A stretch of DNA of 64,000 nt, taken from the IMG/VR virus record IMGVR_UViG_3300027571_000004, positions 1 through 64,000 of that record. One strand, written 5' to 3'. Under the pieces are notes generated by a model. The model was not told the DNA's origin. It made no database searches and saw nothing but the letters and a program-made list of their open reading frames with translations. This DNA comes from a virus (lineage: Duplodnaviria; Caudoviricetes). Each line of letters opens with the position of its first letter. Position 1 is the stretch's first letter. Shown here one piece after another: positions 45,801 to 56,700 of the stretch. Made by a program: the position numbers and the translations under genes.

Positions 45801-48800
45801 TTGCAAGACTTCATGGCAAAACCTTTGAACAAGGTCTTAACGACCCAGCAATTATGTCAGAGATGACTGCTGGTGTTGATAAGTTTGGTGGATTTATTGC
45901 AGAAGAGATGGACCAACTTCCAGATAAATTTGGAGAAGAAGATTTTTATGCAGCGGTGCAAAGAGCAAAAGATAGACTCACTCAAGCAGACGGAAAATTA
46001 AAAGAAGCAGTAGATAATCTAGGATTAACAACTACTTACTCAGTAACTACAAATGCGCCTAAAGAAGACGGCTCAAGAGATAGAAGAGCAAACAGAAAAG
46101 ATGTTCCACAAAAGGCCCCCGCATTAAGAGACGAACTTGGACTTACAGATGCAGGAGTTGCAACAACAACACCTAAAGGAAAAACAAAAGTAATTCCTTT
46201 TGGCTCTTATCAAAAAAAGAATACAGACAATTTAGATTCTGGAGACATTATAGATCAACAAAGAGAGAAAGATAATGCTCCAACTGTTGAGGCTACCCCA
46301 GAAGAAATAGCAGCAGCAGAAGCAGCAGGTGCAGAGATTGGTAAAGCAGCAGCAGACGGAGTAAGAAGTACAGAAGGAACAGATGCAGACTCTCCATCTA
46401 AAAAGGGTATCAAGGCTGGTAAAGAAGTTGCAGACGGAATTATCCAAGGAATGAAAGAAGGAGAAGCAGCAGTAACTACGCAGGCTTCGCAACTTGGAGA
46501 TGCAGCAGTACCAACAGCAGCAGAAACACAAGCAAGAGTTGATAGGATGGATCTTGGTAACAAGGCGTTCTATGATGATCTCAATACCCCAGAGATGCGT
46601 GATGAAAGACAAATACTTAAGTCTCAAGATAGACAAAGAAGAAAACTAGGCGCTACAGCAACAGTAGATTCTGTATCTGACACTCCAGTTTCTGCACAAA
46701 CTTCATCTGTAACTGTTGCTTCATCAAAGAGGGTAGCAGAAGCAACAACGAAACTAGCAGTAAAAACTGAAGAAGCCGTGACTGCTCAATCACAAGTTGT
46801 TCAACAGATTAAAGATGAAAGCAGATCAAGAGTTACGATTAAAGGCAACACTGTTAATATTCAGAAGGCTAGGGAAGATGCTGATAAGGCTGAAAATGAA
46901 GCAGCGATTACAAGAGCAAGAGCAGCAGCCCTTGAAAAGGAGCAAGCAAAGCAAAAGAAAACTGGATCTCCAACTACCATTACTGACGAGCAAGTTCTTG
47001 CTGCTAAAGAAAAGGCTAATGCTGCAGAACTAGAGTACGCAAGAGTAAGACAAGAATTGGCAGAGCAGGGAATTACTGCAGCACAGCCAGGGGAAATGCA
47101 AGAAATTATTAATCAAGATCCAGTAAAGACTCCATCAAAGGTTAAAAAGGCAGAAGAAATTATGTCTAACGGAACCGTTGAAGCAGGAGATGGAATGCGA
47201 CGAATTGTTGACGGGACAAATGACACAGCAGACTCAACCCTATTAGTTGCAGATCAAACAGGCGATCTTGCAGATGCAACTGGAGAAGCATTTATTACTC
47301 AAACAGGAAGCAATCAAAACCTACTAACGGCTTCTCAACTAGCAAGCGTAACTGCTGGAAATCTTGGTGATGTGGCTAATGCAACAGATCTAACAGGAAA
47401 TGCTCAGCAAGATGTGCTTGAGTCAACACAGGCCATTGATGAACAAAATAGAAAAATTGAAGAACATAAGCGAATGCAACTCAAGGTAATGCAAGAAGAG
47501 TTTGCTAGAAGAGAAGCAATTGCTAATGCTCCTGTAATACCAGAAGGAACTCAATCAGGGAATCCTGTACTGGGTCCAAATCCTATGGACAGATTAGAGG
47601 CCTACGACTATGCAATGGGTAGAGATCCAGGAACATATGGACCAGATGATCTGGGAGAACAAGGATTCACAAGAGACCGAAAAGGTCGTATTGTTATGGA
47701 TCCAGAAAAAGATGCTAAGGGAAAATATAATCCAACAAAGATGTCTTTGAAGCAAGTTAAAGAAAAGAAGCGTGGCATGCGTAGAGCAGCCGTTGGTCAG
47801 TTTTCTGGAAAAGTTTCAGGTGGACTTGGAACTGCAGCAATGGTTGCTGGTATGGCAGGAGCACCACCACAAGTTACAGCAGCACTTGGTACTGCAGCGA
47901 CAGTAGCACAGTTTGCTCCAATGATTGCGGGGACTGGACCAATTGGTCTTGCAGTAGGAGCAGTAGTAGCATTAGGAGCAGCAGCATATCTAGTAAACAA
48001 ACACTTTAATCAGGTGGCTGCAAAGGCAGCACAGTTCGCAAAAGACTTATCAGCAACTAGAGATGGATTAAAAGCAATAGGAGAAATGTCTGGCAAGGTT
48101 GGGTCTTCTCAAAAGATGGACAAGCGCAGATCAAAGACTCAGTATACAAAATATACTGACGCTGTAAAGATTGATAATACTTTTGGCAAGAACTACATGG
48201 CTTCTGATATTGGTAAAAAAGAAAAGAAACTATTTAAAGAAAACATGGAAAAGTTTGGAAAGAGCAAAGCCGTTAGTGATCTAACTTTAAAACTTGCCAC
48301 GGCTGTTGCAGATGGAGTTATTGATGCTGACCAAGCAAACAGTATTGCAGCAGGCCTTGCCTTACAACTTAAAGACACATCAATTGAAATGCAGGTTGTT
48401 GGTCAACTATCAATGATCCTTGGCCCAGACGGTAAAAATCTAAAAGACAACCCAATGTCTACAAGGATCTTGCTTATGGGCAAGGCAAACCAAAGAACTG
48501 CAAAACTTGAAAAAGACATTTCTAAAAAGTCTGGGTTTGGAGAAAGTTCAAGAGAAGAAGTAGCACAACTTGCAGCCCTTGGCATGAACAATATGGAAAT
48601 GGCTACTATGATGGCAGATCAAATTCAAGTAGAGTATGAGGCTGCAAAACAAAAATTAGAAACAGAGTTAGCATCAACAGCAAATGCACAAAAGAAACTG
48701 GAGATTGAACAACAACTTTCTGATCTTAATTCAGAGAATCTAAAAAATTCTCAATTTATGAATGATCAAATCTTTTCTCAGATAATGAAAAATCAGCAGA

Positions 48801-51800
48801 GTTTTGATAAAGTCTGGAGCGGTTCTGTTTGGGGCAAGCAGGCTATGCGTGAAGATGCATTCTTTGATGCATCAAGATCACAAGTTACCTCAACCTATAA
48901 AGGAACAGACCAAGAAGATGCTGCTAAAAAGTTCTTAAATAAAACAGAGGCACTTTCAAATGATACAACCACTGGAAAGTATAACTCTAAGACTGGTGAG
49001 TATGTAAAGACTGGATTGGGTACTGCTCAAAATGCACAGAGGTTCCAGGCAAAGATGGAAATGCTTGTTGGAAGTAAAGTCTTAACTCCTACACAAGCAA
49101 CAAGTTACATGGACCTATTTAGTGGCAAATTAAATGAGTTCGACTTCTTACTTAATGCTAGCATTAAAACAAAGGGAACAGCAAAAACTAAAGAGTTGTT
49201 TGATTCATTTGCAGGCTTCAAGAGTACAAAAGGAAGGCAGCAAGCAACAAACATCATTACAGAAATGACAATGAGAAAGAAAGATCCAAAAGAATTTGAT
49301 GCAATTATGGAAACTATCAGAAGCCTACAGGCTTTAGATGGAAATACCATTGACTTTGAGATTTTGATTACAAAGGTTGGAATGAAGGGCCTTCAGAAAA
49401 TCAGGAAAGAGCAAGAAGCAATCGAAAAAATAAAAGAAGCAGCAGAAAAAGAAGGCAAAAAATCTCTTGTTTCAAAAGATGCTACTGGAAAAGAAACTGT
49501 TGATCCACGAGTAGCAGGAGTTAGCGCAGATATTTCAGAAGGAATTGCTGCGTTACAGAAAAATGAAAAAAGGTTTACCGCATTTAAAAACGCAAGCACA
49601 GCAGCCCAAGCGGATTACTTACAGGCACTATCAGCAAATATTTTATGGGAATCAACCGCTAATGCTGCAGAGCGAGATGCAGATATTGCATTTATGGCAG
49701 AGCAGTATGCATTAGATCAAGCAATGACTCACAACTTCTCTACAACTAGCCAGCGATACATTGATCTAGTAGCACAGAAAATTGCAGACCTTAAGGCTTT
49801 AAGTCCAACAGAATATGCAGTTGAAAAAACTGGTATTTCATGGAACCCTGGTGTAACTTATACATCCCCACCACCAACAACAAGCAAGGGTCCTGGCACA
49901 GGTAGTGATCCTCTAGACTTCCTAGACGAACTTGCAATGAGAATTAAGAATGTTCGTGATGGCGCATTTGATGCAACTAAGCCTCTTCAATCAATGATTG
50001 CAGCCTTTACTAGCAAGAAAGCCAAAAAAGATGTATCAGCAATGTTTGACATGTTTGATGGCTTGCAACACAGATTACTTAAATTAAAAGTTCCACAAGA
50101 AATGAGAGACGTTATCTCTGGTATGAGTTCAGAAGAGTTTACAAAGTTCTCTAACTTGGGCAAGGGAAAGAATTTATTTACTTATGATAAATACACCTCT
50201 GGGCCAAACAAGGGTAAAGAAAAGCCAAAAACAAAGAAAAATATTAAGGGACTAACCAATGAAGGTAAGGCTGTTATGGCTACCTACCGTGAAGCAAATG
50301 TAGGTGCCTCACAACTAGTAAATAAAGAAACTGTTGTAAATGTTAATGAACAAAAGAAGGCCATGAACATGCTCATGTCTGCTGGTCTATCAGCAAAGGA
50401 TGCTTTAGCAGCAGTTGAAGATCAGTTAGTGGCATCGGCTATTGCTAATGGTGCTATGGGAGAATCTGGAACTAAAGAGTTTAAAGAATACAAGAAGGCT
50501 ATTGTAGAGGCTAATAGCGCTCTTGAAAGACAAGCCATTCTTCAAAACTTAACTCAAAAGAATGCAGATTTTAAATTTTCCGTACAAGCCCAAGATTTTG
50601 CAAAAGCCTTTGCAGATGCAGGTCTATCTATTGAACAAATTAATGAAGTGCTTGAAGACCCACAACTTACTGGTCAACTTATAGACGATCTTAAAAATGG
50701 TAGAGTTGCTGCAGAACATATAAGAGACTACATAAACTCAATACCTAAAAGACTTGAAGTATCTTTGACGACTAAAATCAATTCAGGAGATCTAAAGGGC
50801 GGAGCAGAGCCAGGTCTTGAAATTGTTGATCAAATGTTTTCAATCCAAGAAGCACTAATCCGTGCAGGCGCTGCCGATGCTGCATCCGCAGCCAATGTTA
50901 AAATAATTGAAGAGAATGAGAAATTAATTGAACAAGAAGAAGCAAAACTACGTGCTTTGCAAGAGACTCAAGTTGTAAGAGAAAGTCTTGCTGGAGTTTT
51001 AAAGGGTACTGCAGCAGGGGCTTTTGAAGGCACAAAAATGAATTATCAAGACCTACAGGATGCTGCTAAAGCAATGAGCGATCAAATTGAAGTAGCACAA
51101 AGAGACCTTGAAATGAATGCTGAGTACGGATCAAGAGCAATAGACGATCTAAATGAAAGTGTAAACGATTTAAACAGAGACATGGAAATGAATAAGGACT
51201 GGGGTTCTAGAGCAGTTCAAGCATTACAAGATGAGTCAGGGGTCTTGTCACATGACTTAGATTTAATTAATAAGGCTGCAGAAGGTGTTAATGAAAAATA
51301 CGATAAACAAGCAGAGGCCCTTCAAAAAGTTCAACAGATTAATCAAAATATTCTTGCTTTGCAACAAGATCAATTAGACCTTGCTGGTGCTTTAACTTCT
51401 GGAGATATTTCTTCGGCAGCAAAGGCTGCTCAAAAGATGAGAGCCACTGCTGCTGGACAATTTGCTTCAGGACAAACTGATGCACTTGAGCAAGCAAGAA
51501 AGAATTCTATAGACTCTCTAAAGAGTGGATCTGGAATGACAAGCAAGCAGATCCAAGACAGACAGTACGAGATTGCTGAAAAGATTTATAAGATGGAAAC
51601 CCACCCTGATAAACTTAAAACGCAAAAGCAAATTCAAGAAACTCAAGATAAGATTTATACTCTTGAAGAAAAGCGTAAACTCAAGATGGACGAAATTCAG
51701 AAAATTGAAGATGCTATTTATCTTGTTAATAAAGAACTTGCAAAAGACGACGGGGCTATTGACAAGATAAACAGAAAACTAACTAGTTACAACACAGCCC

Positions 51801-53056
51801 TCAGCGATGCACAAAAAGCAATTGATAAGCAAGTGGCAGAGATTACGGTAATGGGTACTGATAAAAAAGGTTGGGATTTAGTAAAGACTAAGTTAGAGGC
51901 CTATGATCTTGCTAAGAATTGGGAAAGTGTAAAAACTAAGTTGGCTGGACTTCTTGCGTCTACTACTGCTATGGAAAAAGACTGGGGAAATATTCACAAT
52001 TGGCTAGACCAGTTTATGAAGATGCCTGCTGATAAAAAAGTAAATATTAATGTTATAACAAAGTATACCTATGAAGGAACTCCTCCTCCTGGAGCAGACA
52101 ATGTAACTCTAGACGGCTGCCCTGAAGGAATGGTAGCAGATGCAAATGGATGGTGTGTAAATGTTCACAAGGTTCTACCTTCTGGTACACCTAATTCATC
52201 AGGAACGCCAACGCCTTCACCAAGCAAGACTGCTTCTCCAACACCAACAACTACGACTTCTCCAAAACCATCAACTACTTCAACACCAACAAAGAGTACA
52301 ACATCGACCCCAACATCATCTGGAACACCAACACCAACACCGACTGGCCCAAAGGTCGGAGACACAAAGTATGTCGGTTCGATGTTAATGACATGGAATG
52401 GCACAATGTGGATGGATCAAGTTGCATATAATAATGCAAAGGTTGCTCCAAAAGTTGGAGAAACAAAGTATGTAGGTTCCGACCTAATGACCTGGAATGG
52501 TTCACAGTGGGTTACTCAAGTTGCATATAATGCTAAGAAGATTGCAGATCAAAAGGCTAAAGACTTAGCAGAGAAAGTAGCAGCAGAACAAGCAAAAAAT
52601 AGAGCACTTGTTGCAGCACTTGAGGCCAAGGCAGCATTAATTCCAAAATCACGCACTAAGCCAGGAACTGGAACTTATCTTGGCGGAATGTTTATTCCAC
52701 CAGTAACACAATATTTGCAACCAGGAACTGGAGTTGTAGTTAACGGTGTATTGAGAGATCCAGTATACAAGTATTCTGGAGGTTTGATTGGTATGACCCC
52801 ACGTGGATCAGACACTGTTCCAGCAATGCTTACACCAGGAGAGTTTATTATGAGCAAGTATGCTGTTGATAACTTTGGAGTAAATAACTTAAAGGCCATT
52901 AACAGCGGATCTACAAGTGTCGGTGGAGACTCAGTGTATAATTATAACCTAACAGTAAATGCAAAATCTAATGCCAGCCCAGATGATATTGCAAGAACTG
53001 TTATGGCTCAGATCCAACAGATTGATTCACAAAGAATTCGGGGAGTAAGAATATAA
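42830..53056 (+). CDS. tape measure protein (3408 aa)
   Basis: TP901-like core (GKNTQWAGRQL, ASEGANALKS), coiled coils, hydrophobic segments, DTVPAMLTPGE motif; TTG start. Confidence 0.92.
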   Translation: MSDVNANIGINFDTQQALASLRQLQAGLSRFNQSLTQGNIAAENAQKGLNAQLMQSINATGKFVASQKVVAGSTSAFTTALEKNQLSMGEYFRFTAAAATANTKVFSKMFAHERDIFNRARKDRVKSLQTQYIQLTSANGELVKVLQVVPKHLQMVNGKYADYATRTQMAAQRQQMMNQLLKQGSTQLLNFGKNTQWAGRQLMVGLTVPLTMLGGFASKVFREMEQSVIAFTRVYGDMTTSGDATNKAIADIQRLAKEFTKYGIAAKDTIEMAAKAAAMGLTGNDLNAQVISATRLAVLGQVEQQQALETTISLQNAFGISSEQLAEKINFLNAVENQTVLSIEDLTIAVPKAGPVIKQLGGSVEDLAFFMTAMKEGGINASEGANALKSGLASMINPSKKAAGFLADLGINIKGLVEANAGNLKGTVIGFAKALDTLDPLNRARAIEQMFGKFQFARLSTLFQNVTKDSSQAARALGLAGASVEELAILSERELGKVEDAVGVKFQKSIEQLKLELIPIGKTFLQALTPVVEFLGKILAKFNNFSDGTKKAFAIIIGVVGGLAPVALMTFGLFMNAIANGIKLFAALRSGMAKLNGQNNVLGGGFDYLTQQEIEQLAQTNALHTSHQQLISTFNVESGAVNALAAAYANAASQARTLAASSPGLFNTVPGPVGAVAGLPPVQKFAKGGVVPGTGNKDTVPSMLTPGEVVLTTDTVKKNPELVAALLTGTVKKYGTSTQSEGGGMKPPKLGIASVTEMMSMGIDDFAAEIGKLGKGASQATAIAEVKLELTKATDRAGEDMANAIKRMLAEAAQSVEKVSADWVKNRAKDINPETGEQWRAPYANTSSTPWQPSDPARAQVEPGGRYVAAHMEAPKPKITDKAELERLAVLAGKSGLGEALALAAKHGGSATPMGSFTAMLPEEANKTTALNLSDPNDVAIHSQLAARRGLAPAQFSGDDAKVFEMPKSGIQDLFSGEDAGKSLSPVMREIARLHGKTFEQGLNDPAIMSEMTAGVDKFGGFIAEEMDQLPDKFGEEDFYAAVQRAKDRLTQADGKLKEAVDNLGLTTTYSVTTNAPKEDGSRDRRANRKDVPQKAPALRDELGLTDAGVATTTPKGKTKVIPFGSYQKKNTDNLDSGDIIDQQREKDNAPTVEATPEEIAAAEAAGAEIGKAAADGVRSTEGTDADSPSKKGIKAGKEVADGIIQGMKEGEAAVTTQASQLGDAAVPTAAETQARVDRMDLGNKAFYDDLNTPEMRDERQILKSQDRQRRKLGATATVDSVSDTPVSAQTSSVTVASSKRVAEATTKLAVKTEEAVTAQSQVVQQIKDESRSRVTIKGNTVNIQKAREDADKAENEAAITRARAAALEKEQAKQKKTGSPTTITDEQVLAAKEKANAAELEYARVRQELAEQGITAAQPGEMQEIINQDPVKTPSKVKKAEEIMSNGTVEAGDGMRRIVDGTNDTADSTLLVADQTGDLADATGEAFITQTGSNQNLLTASQLASVTAGNLGDVANATDLTGNAQQDVLESTQAIDEQNRKIEEHKRMQLKVMQEEFARREAIANAPVIPEGTQSGNPVLGPNPMDRLEAYDYAMGRDPGTYGPDDLGEQGFTRDRKGRIVMDPEKDAKGKYNPTKMSLKQVKEKKRGMRRAAVGQFSGKVSGGLGTAAMVAGMAGAPPQVTAALGTAATVAQFAPMIAGTGPIGLAVGAVVALGAAAYLVNKHFNQVAAKAAQFAKDLSATRDGLKAIGEMSGKVGSSQKMDKRRSKTQYTKYTDAVKIDNTFGKNYMASDIGKKEKKLFKENMEKFGKSKAVSDLTLKLATAVADGVIDADQANSIAAGLALQLKDTSIEMQVVGQLSMILGPDGKNLKDNPMSTRILLMGKANQRTAKLEKDISKKSGFGESSREEVAQLAALGMNNMEMATMMADQIQVEYEAAKQKLETELASTANAQKKLEIEQQLSDLNSENLKNSQFMNDQIFSQIMKNQQSFDKVWSGSVWGKQAMREDAFFDASRSQVTSTYKGTDQEDAAKKFLNKTEALSNDTTTGKYNSKTGEYVKTGLGTAQNAQRFQAKMEMLVGSKVLTPTQATSYMDLFSGKLNEFDFLLNASIKTKGTAKTKELFDSFAGFKSTKGRQQATNIITEMTMRKKDPKEFDAIMETIRSLQALDGNTIDFEILITKVGMKGLQKIRKEQEAIEKIKEAAEKEGKKSLVSKDATGKETVDPRVAGVSADISEGIAALQKNEKRFTAFKNASTAAQADYLQALSANILWESTANAAERDADIAFMAEQYALDQAMTHNFSTTSQRYIDLVAQKIADLKALSPTEYAVEKTGISWNPGVTYTSPPPTTSKGPGTGSDPLDFLDELAMRIKNVRDGAFDATKPLQSMIAAFTSKKAKKDVSAMFDMFDGLQHRLLKLKVPQEMRDVISGMSSEEFTKFSNLGKGKNLFTYDKYTSGPNKGKEKPKTKKNIKGLTNEGKAVMATYREANVGASQLVNKETVVNVNEQKKAMNMLMSAGLSAKDALAAVEDQLVASAIANGAMGESGTKEFKEYKKAIVEANSALERQAILQNLTQKNADFKFSVQAQDFAKAFADAGLSIEQINEVLEDPQLTGQLIDDLKNGRVAAEHIRDYINSIPKRLEVSLTTKINSGDLKGGAEPGLEIVDQMFSIQEALIRAGAADAASAANVKIIEENEKLIEQEEAKLRALQETQVVRESLAGVLKGTAAGAFEGTKMNYQDLQDAAKAMSDQIEVAQRDLEMNAEYGSRAIDDLNESVNDLNRDMEMNKDWGSRAVQALQDESGVLSHDLDLINKAAEGVNEKYDKQAEALQKVQQINQNILALQQDQLDLAGALTSGDISSAAKAAQKMRATAAGQFASGQTDALEQARKNSIDSLKSGSGMTSKQIQDRQYEIAEKIYKMETHPDKLKTQKQIQETQDKIYTLEEKRKLKMDEIQKIEDAIYLVNKELAKDDGAIDKINRKLTSYNTALSDAQKAIDKQVAEITVMGTDKKGWDLVKTKLEAYDLAKNWESVKTKLAGLLASTTAMEKDWGNIHNWLDQFMKMPADKKVNINVITKYTYEGTPPPGADNVTLDGCPEGMVADANGWCVNVHKVLPSGTPNSSGTPTPSPSKTASPTPTTTTSPKPSTTSTPTKSTTSTPTSSGTPTPTPTGPKVGDTKYVGSMLMTWNGTMWMDQVAYNNAKVAPKVGETKYVGSDLMTWNGSQWVTQVAYNAKKIADQKAKDLAEKVAAEQAKNRALVAALEAKAALIPKSRTKPGTGTYLGGMFIPPVTQYLQPGTGVVVNGVLRDPVYKYSGGLIGMTPRGSDTVPAMLTPGEFIMSKYAVDNFGVNNLKAINSGSTSVGGDSVYNYNLTVNAKSNASPDDIARTVMAQIQQIDSQRIRGVRI

Positions 53057-53739
53057 TGGCAACAGCAGCATATATTAATGGTAGAAGAAAATACCAAAGA
53101 CCACAGGCAATGCTATGGTCTGACAATCCTGGCACTCTTGTAGCCTCTCCAACAACTGCTTATCCTGATAGGAAAATGTATGTTCCAACTGGCTATGAGA
53201 CAGGCTTTAATACCCCCGTAGGAACCGATACAAGCCTCATTAACGAGTTTTTAATCCTGTCAGATGATAATAGATCGGCCATAGACTTTAAGCCCTCTAG
53301 AATTGAAATACGTGAAAGAATGATCAATGGACGCATGAGGTCTTATCACACTGCAGACAAACTACAGATTAGCACTTCTTGGGATATGCTACCATCAAGA
53401 TCTTTTGCTATAAAACCAGATTTTAATGACGCTGGAAAATCAGACATGACTGGACAAAGAGGTTTGGCTAATTATCCCGATATGGAATACACTACTGATG
53501 GTGGTGCTGGCGGAGCAGAGTTGTTTGAATGGTACAACAATCACCCAGGATCTTTCTGGGTATTTTTAGCCTATGACAATTATCCAAACTTTGGCAATGA
53601 CGATGCTGCATACGGTCATCTAGATCAATATAACGAAGTGATAGAGGTTTTCTTTACTGACTTTTCCTACTCTGTTCAAAAACGTGGCGGGTATAAGCAT
53701 GACTTTTGGAATGTTTCTGTATCGCTGGAAGAGGCATAA
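53056..53739 (+). CDS. distal tail protein (putative)
   Basis: Follows the tape measure; RMINGRMR, SWDMLP, WNVSVSLEE. Confidence 0.65.
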   Translation: MATAAYINGRRKYQRPQAMLWSDNPGTLVASPTTAYPDRKMYVPTGYETGFNTPVGTDTSLINEFLILSDDNRSAIDFKPSRIEIRERMINGRMRSYHTADKLQISTSWDMLPSRSFAIKPDFNDAGKSDMTGQRGLANYPDMEYTTDGGAGGAELFEWYNNHPGSFWVFLAYDNYPNFGNDDAAYGHLDQYNEVIEVFFTDFSYSVQKRGGYKHDFWNVSVSLEEA

Positions 53740-56700
53740 TGTTTCAAAATGAAGAACTTAAGAATCACCTAGAAACTAGTTCTGTTGTATCTACTCAGAC
53801 TGCTGTGATTGCTGAATGGAATATGAACATTCCAACAAATATTTTTACAATAGGAAACTATAGGTATAGACCCACATCAACGAAGCCATCCGATGTAAAA
53901 TATACATCTCTTCCAAATACTTTTGATGCAAACGATGATGGTAATTTTTACAAAGGCGCTACAGATGCTGATGTATTAATTGATGGAGGATTTACTGATG
54001 CTGGAGCACCAACTACTTTAACAGTTCTTAAAGATAGAGTCAAGATGCTTTATTCTTTAGAAGATTGCTTTAGACCTTTCAGACCAAGGTCAGGAATTAA
54101 TAAAGCAAGGTACATTCCTGGTTCATATATTCATAGCCCTAATGCTAACATGGCTAGAAGACCTAGATATTACCTTTCAGATAAAAACGATAAGTTTAAA
54201 TACTGGTCATCATATAGAACAGAGGGTACTTCAACGTACGGAATCTCTAGTAACAATATAGTCTCTGGCAGATACATAATTGAAGATGCGGTTCCGTTTG
54301 TTGTGTATAATGAAAAGATTCCAACAAATAGGCTAGTTATAAAGATGCAGACAAATGTTGGAGATATTGATCTTGGAACTTCCGATCCACTTTATGGAGA
54401 TAACAATAGAACAGTTCCCAATAAGTGGAAGGTTCAATCATTAAAAGATAATAATTGGGTAGACTTGTTTTCATTTAACGAGGGTACAAAAAGATCAGAC
54501 GGAACAAATGTAATTAAGCATGATGGCTATGTAGAGTTATCTTATGGATTAATCGTTCCAAGCAAGTATAAAGACATGTTTATTTACGCAGAGACTCTCC
54601 TGTCTGAAACATTAAAGCCAATTAAGGCAGTACACGGATATGCTTATTTAATTAAATCAAGTGTATCAGATATTGGTGTTTTTCATATCTGGAATAAAGA
54701 CAAGTGGGAATTATTTACTCCAGTTTATGGTTGGCAACTAGAAGAAGAGACGGTTGATAGACTGACTAACTTTGTAACAGATCTAACAAGCCCAATAGCC
54801 TACACCTTAGCAGCAGATGGAACTCAAAAATATAGAGAGTTTGAGTATCTTAAAGGAGTTCGTATTGTTGTTGACAACATGGTAAAGGCAAATTCTTCAT
54901 TTGATCTAATTGAAATTTCTCCAAGACTTACAGTAAACTTAACAGACAAGGTTACAGATATCTCTGTAAAGAAGAGTGCATCAGATTTAGGAACTAGCGG
55001 TATGCCAGTTGGACAACTCTTGGCTTCAACAGGATCTTTGAGTCTTTTTGATTATGATGATTCTTTTAATCCAAATAATTCTTCTAGTATAATCAATAAC
55101 TATATAACTAGGAATCTTCAAATAAAGATATATGACATTATCGTTAATGTAGATGGGTATGATTATTTTGTTCCAATTAAAACAATGTACTCAGAAGGCT
55201 TTCCTACACTGGATAATAAAACAAAAAGAGTTGAGTTAAGTCTGCGTGACTTATACTTTTATTTTGAATCAACGCTAGCACCACAAACCCTTTCTACTGG
55301 AGTATCTTTAAGTTCTGCAGTTTCAATGCTTTTGGATTCTATTGGTTTTTCAAACTATGCTTTTAAGCGAGTTGCTGGCGAAACAGAAATCACAATCCCA
55401 TATTTCCATATTCCACCAGAAACAAGTATTGCCCAAGTTCTGCAAGATTTGGCGGTATCAAGCCAGACAGCAATGTTCTTTGATGAATACAATAACTTTA
55501 TCATGATGAGTAAAAACTACATGATGCCTACAGAATTACAAAGAGCAACAGATATAACTCTCTATGGATCAGCAGATTCTGAAGATACTGGGGTAGTTAG
55601 AAACAGCCAAACAAAACCCAAACTTGCAAACATTGCAGAGATTACTACACAGGACAATCAACTATATAATAGCGGTAAGATTACTTATAGTTCAAAATAC
55701 ATTCAAAGATCTCTTGGTAGCATTAAGCAGGCTAGTTTAATTGATAATGAACAGTCTTGGATATATAAGCCAGTCCTATTATGGGAAGTTTCTGGCGAGA
55801 GCAATACAAAGTCTGTTAATGGTGAGGTAGGAAACCAATCCACATATGTTCTTAGTGCTATACCACTTAACTCAGATCTATCAGACACAAAGCCTTTTGT
55901 TTCAAATAATCAAATAAAAAATAACGTTATGGATTTTGGAGAAGGAGTTTATTGGATCACAAGATACAATGGATACTTCTATGCCAATGGAGAAATAATT
56001 AAGTATGATGCTGTTGAGTATAGCGTCCCAGGTGTTGGAAATGTTTGGATTAATAACGTTCAAGAGTATGAGTACTACTTTGCTAAACTTCCATTTAATG
56101 GAAAGATATATCCAACAGGCCTTGTAAGAATTTACTCTGAACCAAACTATGAAGAGGTTCAGGGGGTTTTAAGATTAAAAAATGGAGAAGTTTCTAAGCA
56201 TGGTAGAGGACAGTTTGGAACAACACCTGTTTATCATGTTGCTGGATTAAACCCATATTGGGCAGATAATGCAAATGTTCGTGGTTGCACAATGAGAAGT
56301 GAGTTTTTATTTAATCCACTAAGAACCACTACTCTCACCAATGTAAATTCAACGGGATCTACTCTTACAGTATCTTCTACCTCTTCTATTTCAGTAGGAC
56401 AACAGTTGACCATGCTTAGTGGAACTGGAAAGTTATCAACAATACAAAAAACTTTAGTTATAGCAAAGCCAACAGAGACAACTTTGCTAGTTAGTCCAGC
56501 GCCTACCACTGCTCTTCTTGACGCAACTATTTATTTTGAGACTCTAGTTCCAACAACGATTGATGCTCCAGCAGGAATTAATAACACACTGGCTCAGCAA
56601 ACAACAAGAAATGGAATTATTAAAAACTTCTTCGCTTCTAATTATATTGAAGATTCAAAAGTAAGAGCAATGCTAAGTACTCAATCGGGAACTCTTCAAT

